Positions 56,946 to 64,000 of a stretch of 64,000 nucleotides of DNA are shown here, piece by piece. This DNA is from Candidatus Pyrohabitans jungbluthii (GTDB taxonomy: Archaea > Hydrothermarchaeota > Hydrothermarchaeia > Hydrothermarchaeales > BMS3B): the NCBI GenBank assembly GCA_002010065.2, contig MTMD02000008.1, forward strand, positions 64,001 through 128,000, written 5' to 3'. Numbering within the stretch: position 1 is the first letter of the stretch; each line of letters opens with the position of its first letter. The position numbers and the translations under genes were made by a program. Under the pieces are notes generated by a model that saw only the letters and a list, made by a program, of their open reading frames with translations, was not told the origin of the DNA and ran no database searches.

Positions 56946-57851
56946 ATGATAACCATCCTATCAGGCGGCACGGGCACGCCTAAATTGCTTCAGGGTTTCA
57001 TGCAGCTCCTCAAGCAGGAGGAGATCGCAGTTATCGTAAATACCGCTGAGGATATATGGCTGCCTCATGGCTACCTTTCGCCAGATATAGACACCGTGAT
57101 TTATACTCTAGCAGGCATAGTGAATGAGGAGACTTGGTACGGGATTCGCGGCGATAGCTTCGTAACGCATAGGCGACTTCTGGAGCTGGGCTTTGATGAG
57201 TTCATGAACATTGGCGACTTAGACAGGGCGACTCACATCTTCAGAGGAGAGCTTCTAAGGCAGGGGCTGAGCTTAGAGGAGGCAACGTTCAGGCTGTGCA
57301 GAGCTCTCGGAGTAAAAGCAAAGGTGCTACCCATGAGCAATCAGCGCCTTGAGACGGTGGTGGTCACCTCCCGCGGGGAGATGAATCTCCACGAGTACCT
57401 AATAAAGCACAGAAGCGAACCAGAGATAAAGCAGGTGCGCTTTGAAGGTGAAGCTGAGCCATGCGAGGCTTGCATTAGCGCCATCAAGGAGGCGGAGTTT
57501 GTTGTAATAGGGCCAAGCAATCCTGTTACAAGCATACTTCCCATTCTTTCCCTTGAGAAGCTGAAGAAGGCTGTTGCAAGCCGGCGAGAAAGCGTTGTAG
57601 CGGTGTCGCCCATAGTTGGGGGCAAACCTGTAAGTGGACCTGCGGATAAATTTTTGAAAGCTGCTGGGATAGAACCCACTTCGCGGGGGGTTGCGCAGTT
57701 CTACAGCGATGTGGCTGCGAATTTCGTGGTTGATAAGAGCGATGAGAAGTTTGTGGTTGAAGGGGTGAATATATATAAAACCAATACGATAATGAAGACC
57801 CTCGAAGATAAGAAGGCACTTGCCAGATTTTTACTTGAAATAATGAGGTAG
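56946..57851 (+). CDS. cofD: 2-phospho-L-lactate transferase CofD (F420 biosynthesis)
   Basis: LSGGTGTPKLL, VNTAED, SPDIDT, IGDLDRATH, GPSNPVTSI, SGPA. Confidence 0.95.
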   Translation: MITILSGGTGTPKLLQGFMQLLKQEEIAVIVNTAEDIWLPHGYLSPDIDTVIYTLAGIVNEETWYGIRGDSFVTHRRLLELGFDEFMNIGDLDRATHIFRGELLRQGLSLEEATFRLCRALGVKAKVLPMSNQRLETVVVTSRGEMNLHEYLIKHRSEPEIKQVRFEGEAEPCEACISAIKEAEFVVIGPSNPVTSILPILSLEKLKKAVASRRESVVAVSPIVGGKPVSGPADKFLKAAGIEPTSRGVAQFYSDVAANFVVDKSDEKFVVEGVNIYKTNTIMKTLEDKKALARFLLEIMR

Positions 57852-57855
57852 ACTT

Positions 57856-58818
57856 ATGGTAATACTCGAGACCCTTTTGCTCTTCCTGATTATAGTCTTC
57901 GCAGCCTCGCTGCTCAGTTACGGCGCAGAGATGATAGCAGAAAAGTATGGGCCCAACTTTGCGGGAAGCATTATTTTGGCCTTTGTAACTACATTGCCAG
58001 AGTACATGTTTGTGTTCTGGGCGAGTGTAAAGGGCGCATACGACGTCGCCCTGGGCAGTGCAGTGGGTGCTGCTACGATGCTGGTAACTTTGGGCTATGG
58101 CATGGTGATCCTCACTGCCACCACAAAGGTGAGTCGCAAACCTGTGAAGGTGATCAAGCTTTCCCGCGCCACACGCATAGATGCCATTTACCTGGCTGCC
58201 ACCGCTGTTGTGGCGTACATTCTTGCCTACATTGGCGACGGCTTCAGCCTCGAGGATGGACTGATACTCTTCGCCATCTTCTTTGCATACGTTGGACACC
58301 TCGGCCTTGCCGCGAGGGAGTTTGGAAAAAAGCACAGCGTTAAGATACCAAGGGAGAGGTTTATTAAGGGTATGGGCTACTTAATATTAGGCGGGATTAT
58401 AACAATCACCGTAGCTGAGCGTTTCGTTGAGGCGATGATTTCATTAGCCAAGTCCTTTGGAGTTAGTCCTGTCACCATAGCCATAATAATAGGTCCCCTT
58501 GCCAGTGAGCTTCCTGAAAAGCTAACCGCCTTCCTCACAGTAATGAGAAATGCAAAACTGGCAGAGATAAGCGTGGCAAACTTTATTGGCTCCAAGGTCA
58601 ACCACAACTCTGTGCTTCTGGGTACGATGCCCATAATCGCCTACGCAACGGGCAACGGGAGCGTTACAGGCGTCATCTCGCCCCAGTTTACGGCGATGAC
58701 CCTCTTAACCTTCATCGCAGGCATAAGCGTGGCCAGGCGCAGGCTCGATAAATGGCAGGGGTTCTTCTTCACAGCGCTTTACGCGGTGCCCCTCTACATC
58801 GCCTACTCAATAAGGTGA
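57856..58818 (+). CDS. Na+/Ca2+ (CaCA family) antiporter
   Basis: Alpha repeats TTLPE and ASELPE...NFIGS; ~10 TM. Confidence 0.85.
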   Translation: MVILETLLLFLIIVFAASLLSYGAEMIAEKYGPNFAGSIILAFVTTLPEYMFVFWASVKGAYDVALGSAVGAATMLVTLGYGMVILTATTKVSRKPVKVIKLSRATRIDAIYLAATAVVAYILAYIGDGFSLEDGLILFAIFFAYVGHLGLAAREFGKKHSVKIPRERFIKGMGYLILGGIITITVAERFVEAMISLAKSFGVSPVTIAIIIGPLASELPEKLTAFLTVMRNAKLAEISVANFIGSKVNHNSVLLGTMPIIAYATGNGSVTGVISPQFTAMTLLTFIAGISVARRRLDKWQGFFFTALYAVPLYIAYSIR

Positions 58819-58882
58819 GGGTGCTGCGTTGTGGAGGGTAAATTCAAATATAATGTGAAGTTAGATTATTAAGTTTGAAAGG

Positions 58883-59200
58883 GTGAAAAACATGGGAGAG
58901 TTTAATAGAGAAAGAATACTAAAGATTTTAAAGGAACATAGAGAAGAATTGAAAAAATTTGGTGTTAAGAAAATAGGGTTATTCGGGTCATATATCAGAG
59001 GAGAACAGAAAAGAGAAAGCGATATTGATATACTTGTAGAATTTGAAAAAGGAAAAAAGAATTTTAATAATTTTATAGAATTAGCATTTTTTTTAGAAGA
59101 TTTGTTTGGAACAAAGGTTGATTTACTTACAGAAGAATCCATGAGTCCTTATTTGAAGCCTTATATAATGAGGGAAGTGGTCTATGAAAGTATACCTTGA
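58883..59200 (+). CDS. Minimal nucleotidyltransferase (MNT) antitoxin
   Basis: GS-x10-DID motif; AT-rich. Confidence 0.92.
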   Translation: MKNMGEFNRERILKILKEHREELKKFGVKKIGLFGSYIRGEQKRESDIDILVEFEKGKKNFNNFIELAFFLEDLFGTKVDLLTEESMSPYLKPYIMREVVYESIP

Positions 59201-59531
59201 GTATTTAAGGCATATCATACAGGAGACTGAATATTTAATCGCAGCATCAGAAGGTTTGACTGTAGAGCAGTTTATAGAGGATGAGAACTTGAAAAGGGCA
59301 TTTGTTAGAAGTTTGGAGATTATAGGGGAAGCTGTTAAAAAACTTCCGCTTGAATTTAGAGAAAAACATAAGGATATCGAGTGGAAGAAAATAGCTGGTA
59401 TGAGGGATAAACTTATACATGAATACTTCGGAGTTGATTATTATTTGGTCTGGGACGTAGTAAGGAACCATATCCCGTTTTTGAGAGATCAGATAAAAGA
59501 TGTATTGAAACAGGAAGAGAAACAATGTTAG
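59184..59531 (+). CDS. HEPN (DUF86/HepT-like) RNase toxin
   Basis: [16 protein letters not shown]-x4-H motif; overlaps MNT gene. Confidence 0.92.
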   Translation: MKVYLEYLRHIIQETEYLIAASEGLTVEQFIEDENLKRAFVRSLEIIGEAVKKLPLEFREKHKDIEWKKIAGMRDKLIHEYFGVDYYLVWDVVRNHIPFLRDQIKDVLKQEEKQC

Positions 59532-59591
59532 ATTTGAAAAACATCCTTTTCTTTATTCTCATAGCAGTCCAGCTGCTTCAATGCCCACAAA

Positions 59592-60518
59592 ATGGTGAAT
59601 GAAATGCGAATAAAGGATATAGCTACGGCGGCGCAGCTTGCAATTCTTATCGAGGTCTCCGCACCCAAGCCGGGAAATGTAACCTGTGGCAGGGACTTTG
59701 AGGACACGCGTTATGAGCACTTCTTAGCAAGCGCTGCCGCCTTTGCTCCAGTTGCTGGAGAAGCTGCGCAGCGAGGCTACAGCGCGGCTACGGGAAGGCT
59801 GCTCATTGAAAAGATAGGCATAGGGAGGCTGATTAAGAAGGCTGTTATAGAGGCGAAGCACTGGCACCGCGGGGGAAACACCATTCTGGGCGAGGCGATG
59901 CTCCTCCTGCCCTTGTGCGCAGGCGCAGGCTATGCGCTCGGCAGCGAGGGAGAGGTAAAGCTTAACGCTCTGAGGGAGTGTGCTCTCAGCGTTGTTAAAG
60001 CGGCAACGTATAAAGATACTATAGAATTATATAAAGGGATAGGTATAGCCTCGCCACGACTGCGGAGCGCAGAGAGCTTAGACGTTTTTGATCCGCGCAG
60101 CCTTGCAGAGATTGCAGAGCGCAGGATAACTTTCTACCAAGTAATGGAAATGAGCGAAGGTGATTCTATCGCCAGGGAGCTTGTTCAAGGCTATCCCGTC
60201 ACCTTTGAGCTGGGCTACCCTGCGCTGAGGCGGGCGTATGAGAGCTCTGGGGACCTGCGACGCGCCACTGTGGAGTGCTTCCTCTCTATACTTTCAGCGG
60301 TACCAGATTCCCTGATAATAAAGAAGGCTGGCAAGCGCATAGCAGAAGATGTTTCAAAGCGCGCTCGCCGCGTACTTGAGGAGGGAGTTACAGAGCGAGC
60401 GCTGGAAGAGCTGGACGAATACCTGCGCAGCGAGGGAAATTTGCTAAACCCGGGCACAACAGCCGACCTAGTTGCAGCGTCGCTATTTGTTGGGCTTATC
60501 AGCGGGATTAGACCATAG
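59592..60518 (+). CDS. CitG-family triphosphoribosyl-dephospho-CoA synthase-like protein
   Basis: EVSAPKPGNV, NTILG, NPGTTADLVAA. Confidence 0.88.
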   Translation: MVNEMRIKDIATAAQLAILIEVSAPKPGNVTCGRDFEDTRYEHFLASAAAFAPVAGEAAQRGYSAATGRLLIEKIGIGRLIKKAVIEAKHWHRGGNTILGEAMLLLPLCAGAGYALGSEGEVKLNALRECALSVVKAATYKDTIELYKGIGIASPRLRSAESLDVFDPRSLAEIAERRITFYQVMEMSEGDSIARELVQGYPVTFELGYPALRRAYESSGDLRRATVECFLSILSAVPDSLIIKKAGKRIAEDVSKRARRVLEEGVTERALEELDEYLRSEGNLLNPGTTADLVAASLFVGLISGIRP

Positions 60519-60526
60519 GTGATGGC

Positions 60527-61120
60527 ATGCTTAGCGAGCTTGGATTTAAAAAGGGCAGCGTGGTGGAATGTATAGTTACGACATACAACAGCGACGGCTC
60601 GCCAAACGCGGCGCCCATGGGGGTTTACACGCTGGGCGACGCCGAGGTGGTGCTAAAGCTGCATAGAGGCAGCGACACCCTCGCAAACATCTCCCGCGAG
60701 GGGTGTGCGGTGCTGAATATTACCTACGATGCGCTGCTTTTTCTCAAGTCGGCGCTTTTAAAGTACTCGCCGGAGGTTAGCCATAGCGAGGTTTCGCGTT
60801 CGAAGCTCAACGCACCTTATTTAAAAGCCGCCCATGCGTATGCAGCAATAGAGGCAAAGGCTGTGAAGAGCTATTCGCTCAGTGATTCTCTTGGCGAAAG
60901 CCACATTAGCGTTTTGAAGGGCATGGTAAAAGAGGTCAAGGTGCTCAAGCCTTTCCCGCAGGCGCCCTGTCGTGGCTTCTTCGCTGCTGTGGAGCTGGCG
61001 ATAGACCTCAGCAGGGGGAAGAGGGAAAGGGAAGAGCAGCTTAAGAGAATAATGCGTCGCACCCTGCCAGCGCGAGAATATAGAGAAATAGAAGAATTTT
61101 TGAGGAGTCTAAACATTTAG
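60527..61120 (+). CDS. DUF447-family protein
   Basis: ECIVTT...PNAAPMGV...S.TL.N pattern; downstream of CitG-like gene. Confidence 0.78.
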   Translation: MLSELGFKKGSVVECIVTTYNSDGSPNAAPMGVYTLGDAEVVLKLHRGSDTLANISREGCAVLNITYDALLFLKSALLKYSPEVSHSEVSRSKLNAPYLKAAHAYAAIEAKAVKSYSLSDSLGESHISVLKGMVKEVKVLKPFPQAPCRGFFAAVELAIDLSRGKREREEQLKRIMRRTLPAREYREIEEFLRSLNI

Positions 61121-61678
61121 CTGCGCAGCCTCAGGCAAGCGGTACTCCCACTGCGCTCGAGAGCCGCGCCTCTGCAGCACACCTGACTCATAGAACCTGG
61201 CGAGGTAGGTGGAGAGGCTGCTGAGCTTTATCCTCTCACCGAAGAGTATCTCATACTCCTCCTGTATATCCTGGGAGCGAACCCATTCGCCGGCGTGATT
61301 GTGCCTGAGCAGAAGCAGGAGCTTCTCCTTCTGCGTCATCTTCTCTATGTCATACCTGCCCAGCCAGTTCTCAGCAGCGGGAGCAAAGTCTTCGGTGATT
61401 TCCAGCTCCTCCACACCATACACATAGCTTAGAAAGTCCAGCACCTTCTCCAGAGCAACGCGGTGGCTGAGCTTTTTAAACTCCCTCTCTACCTCCTTGT
61501 CCTCACTCTTCGCCGAAACCTTTATCCCCACGAACCTCTCAGTGCGAAAGATGTAATTGAGGTGCTCTTTAATCTTTTCTTTTGCCTCGCTGTATTCTAA
61601 CCCCTCCAGCTTGAGGCGTGAAGTACCACTGCTCTCCCGTGTCTCCAGAATTATTTCAAGGTACTCCATCTTCACCAT
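61109..61678 (-). CDS. Protein with C-terminal winged-helix domain, divergent from ftsZ
   Basis: WVRSQDIQEEYE..FGERIKLSSLSTYLARFYESGVLQRRG....WEY. Confidence 0.7.
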   Translation of the reverse strand: MVKMEYLEIILETRESSGTSRLKLEGLEYSEAKEKIKEHLNYIFRTERFVGIKVSAKSEDKEVEREFKKLSHRVALEKVLDFLSYVYGVEELEITEDFAPAAENWLGRYDIEKMTQKEKLLLLLRHNHAGEWVRSQDIQEEYEILFGERIKLSSLSTYLARFYESGVLQRRGSRAQWEYRLPEAAQLNV

Positions 61679-61679
61679 C

Positions 61680-61889
61680 TATTCACATTCACAGAAGTTA
61701 ACATTATTCAGTGAATACCTGCATATATAAAGCTTGTGCATATCCTTTAAATATGAGCAATGGCAACAGATATTAGCGACATTAATAAGACAGAATATAT
61801 CTACAGCTATTTTTGTTGAATGATGTTTCGAAAATTAAATCGAAAGATTTATATATGTATACTGTGAATGAGTGAATACTAATGAATAC
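61680..61889. promoter_or_regulatory. Divergent promoters with repeated (G)TGAAT(A) boxes
   Basis: TTTATATATG on each strand followed by CTGTGAATG(AG)TGAATA; palindrome TATTCAGTGAATA at 61705-61717. Confidence 0.65.
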
Positions 61890-61907
61890 CTGGGGGGTAA
61901 GAAAAAG

Positions 61908-63083
61908 ATGAGAAACCTCGTACAAAAAGCGAAGGAAAATACCGAAAAGATGCAGCCGATAGGAGATGCTCTTGATAAGGAGATAGGTGAAGCCAAGATC
62001 GTCGTCGTTGGATGCGGCGGCGCTGGGAACAACACAATAAATCGCCTTGCGCACATAGGTATCAATGGCGCCCAGCTGATTGCAATAAATACCGACAAGC
62101 AGCACCTCGCCGTTATAAAGGCGGACAAAAAGGTGCTTATAGGCTATGAGATCACCAAGGGCTTGGGCGCTGGCGGCTATCCTGAGATTGGGGAGCAGGC
62201 AGCCATCGAAGCCAAGCCTGCGCTGAAGGACCTCCTCGACGGCGCCGACCTAGTTTTCGTCACCGGTGGTTTGGGCGGCGGCACTGGCACAGGCTCACTT
62301 CCAGTCGTAGCGGAGGTCGCCAAGGACATTGGCGCAGTCGTCGTGGGCGCTGTGACCATGCCTTTCAAGATAGAGCGCGCGCGCATCGGCAAGGCAAAGC
62401 AGGCGTTGGTGAAGCTGCGCAACAACGCTGACAGCGTGGTTGTGATAGACAACAACAAGCTTCTCAGCTATGTGCCTGACCTGCCCATGAACGACGCCTT
62501 CGCCGTCGCCGATGAGGTTCTCGCAAGAATGGTGAAAGGCATCACCGAGACAATTTCCATGCCCAGCCTCGTAAACCTTGACTTCGCTGACGTCCGCGCT
62601 GTTATGCGCGAGGGCTCAAAGAATGGCATCGCAATGATTGGCCTGGGCGAGAGCGACACCCGCAATCGCGCAGAGGAGGCGGTGCTCCACGCCCTGGAGA
62701 ACCCGCTGCTCGAGGTGGACTACCGCGGTGCCACAGGTGCACTGGTGCACATTACCGGCGGCGAAGACCTGACCCTCGCGGAAGCCACAAAGATAGGCGA
62801 GATTGCCACAAGCTACCTGCGCGAGGATTCCAACGTCATCTGGGGCGCCCGCATTGACCCCGAGTTCAACGGCATGGTCCAGGTCATGGTTATCATGACC
62901 GGTGTGCACTCACCTGACATAATGGGGCCTGAGGGAAGCGATATTCAGATACCCAAGCGAGTGGAGATGTCCCGGTTTACCCGCCCAAAACAGCCCAGAA
63001 TCCCCACTCGCCCAGAGATGAACAGCACGCAGCGCGAAGTGCCAGCGATGATCGCCAATCTGGGGATAGACTACATCTTCTAA
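61908..63083 (+). CDS. ftsZ: Cell division protein FtsZ (FtsZ2-like)
   Basis: GCGGAGNN, INTDKQHL, GGGTGTG, NLDFAD; start re-called to ATG 61908. Confidence 0.96.
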   Translation: MRNLVQKAKENTEKMQPIGDALDKEIGEAKIVVVGCGGAGNNTINRLAHIGINGAQLIAINTDKQHLAVIKADKKVLIGYEITKGLGAGGYPEIGEQAAIEAKPALKDLLDGADLVFVTGGLGGGTGTGSLPVVAEVAKDIGAVVVGAVTMPFKIERARIGKAKQALVKLRNNADSVVVIDNNKLLSYVPDLPMNDAFAVADEVLARMVKGITETISMPSLVNLDFADVRAVMREGSKNGIAMIGLGESDTRNRAEEAVLHALENPLLEVDYRGATGALVHITGGEDLTLAEATKIGEIATSYLREDSNVIWGARIDPEFNGMVQVMVIMTGVHSPDIMGPEGSDIQIPKRVEMSRFTRPKQPRIPTRPEMNSTQREVPAMIANLGIDYIF

Positions 63084-63302
63084 TCCCCTCCCCTTTTTTG
63101 GGGGGTGGCAAAAGTGTCTGAGGTTTGTGTTTCCCACAATGTTGGTGGTTTTGAACTGGGCTCAGAGCAGCGTTATCCCTCGAGGACATATTCTCTGCTC
63201 TGCCTCTCTGAAAATCGGGATATCTCCAACTATGTTCTCATACCCATCGAAGGCGCAGGCTTCGTTGTGATAAAACATGAAATTGATGTGGAGGAGTAGG
63301 TT

Positions 63303-63782
63303 ATGATAAGTCAGGAATTTTTCAAAGAGGTGGCTGGAAACGTCGTAACCAAAGACGACTTTCTTATGCTCAATGTTGAGTTCATCGAAAGCAGCGATCT
63401 GGATTATCTACCAAAGGTTGTAGACAGGCTGCTTGAGATGAAGGGCATATCTACAGCACTGGTTTACGGTATCAAGGGGGGGATGGTTTACCTCGTAGGT
63501 AAGAGCAGAAAGAGAGTCAACCTGACAGCTATGATAAAGCGCGCCTTCCCGGAGCTCGGCAAAGTTAAGGAGGTCAACGGGTACACCTTGGCAATGATCC
63601 CCTTGGGAATGCTGGGATACTTCCACAGTCAAGAGAAAATCCTTCATGTTATTGATGAGCTGATGAACGAGGCTCTCGCAGGTGGGACAGCAACACGAGG
63701 TTTTGGCACAGTCTTTGAAAGAATTGCCGACATAAAGAATCTGATAAGCTTGCCTACCAGAAAGCAGGAGGTTGTATGGTAA
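63303..63782 (+). CDS. Hypothetical protein resembling the DHHA1-like C-terminal region of archaeal DHH proteins
   Basis: DYLPKVVDRLLEMKGISTALVYGI...IPLGMLG; RBS GGAGG. Confidence 0.5.
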   Translation: MISQEFFKEVAGNVVTKDDFLMLNVEFIESSDLDYLPKVVDRLLEMKGISTALVYGIKGGMVYLVGKSRKRVNLTAMIKRAFPELGKVKEVNGYTLAMIPLGMLGYFHSQEKILHVIDELMNEALAGGTATRGFGTVFERIADIKNLISLPTRKQEVVW

Positions 63783-63790
63783 TGGGGGTG

Positions 63791-64000
63791 ATGCGTGTGA
63801 AGAAGTTCGGAAACGTCTCGCACAAGGTGAATGTGATTCTGAGCGTTTTTAAAGAGGGAGAGAAGCTCAACGGCAAGCAGATTGTAGAGAGAGTTCGCGA
63901 AAAGGGGTACAAAATTACAGACTCCCATCTGAAAATGTTCATATACTACAACATGCTGCACAAGCACCTGAAGAAAGAGGAGATAAACGGCGTCAACTAC
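63791..64000 (+). CDS. Hypothetical small basic (wHTH-like) protein, truncated by window end
   Basis: Open frame MRVKKFGNVSHKVNVILSVFKEGEKLNGKQIVERVREKGY...; GGGGTG RBS. Confidence 0.55.
   Translation, partial: MRVKKFGNVSHKVNVILSVFKEGEKLNGKQIVERVREKGYKITDSHLKMFIYYNMLHKHLKKEEINGVNY

Noticed and set aside
63105-63299. 64-aa ORF between ftsZ and the next gene
   Set aside because: Starts inside a terminator-like hairpin and has no recognisable motif; left uncalled

Overview
Chromosomal window from a hyperthermophilic anaerobic euryarchaeon (reverse gyrase, thermosome, proteasome, Hel308, FttA/aCPSF1, GINS, FtsZ2, DGGGP synthase, CofD, fwdFGDBAC, cheCDR); the gene mix is compatible with a Hydrothermarchaeota-like organism (inference). 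RNA genes: tRNA-Ser(CGA), tRNA-Gln(CTG), RNase P RNA. Accessory content: (1) an AT-rich 2.5-kb module between thiDN and tRNA-Ser with a wHTH gene, a compact serine recombinase, a 26-bp 12+2+12 palindrome, about 400 nt of hairpin-rich non-coding DNA, a DGGGP-synthase pseudogene fragment and repeated TACAATAATGTTT boxes; (2) a large extracellular sulfur/metal redox region (31-52 kb) with a pentaheme lipoprotein resembling a Cys version of the Geobacter ExtKL multiheme selenoprotein, two NosL-like proteins, two MacB/FtsX ABC systems, two membrane-anchored wHTH regulators, a LysR-V4R-TusA-YeeE-YeeE operon, a CGP-CTERM surface rhodanese and tusA-dsrE2; a Rieske-less cytochrome b and a triheme lipoprotein lie at 6-7.5 kb; (3) a deacetylase/C5-epimerase fusion, three pilin-like genes and an MNT-HEPN toxin-antitoxin pair. 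No CRISPR array or transposase seen. All family assignments are from motif recognition by eye, not database searches.
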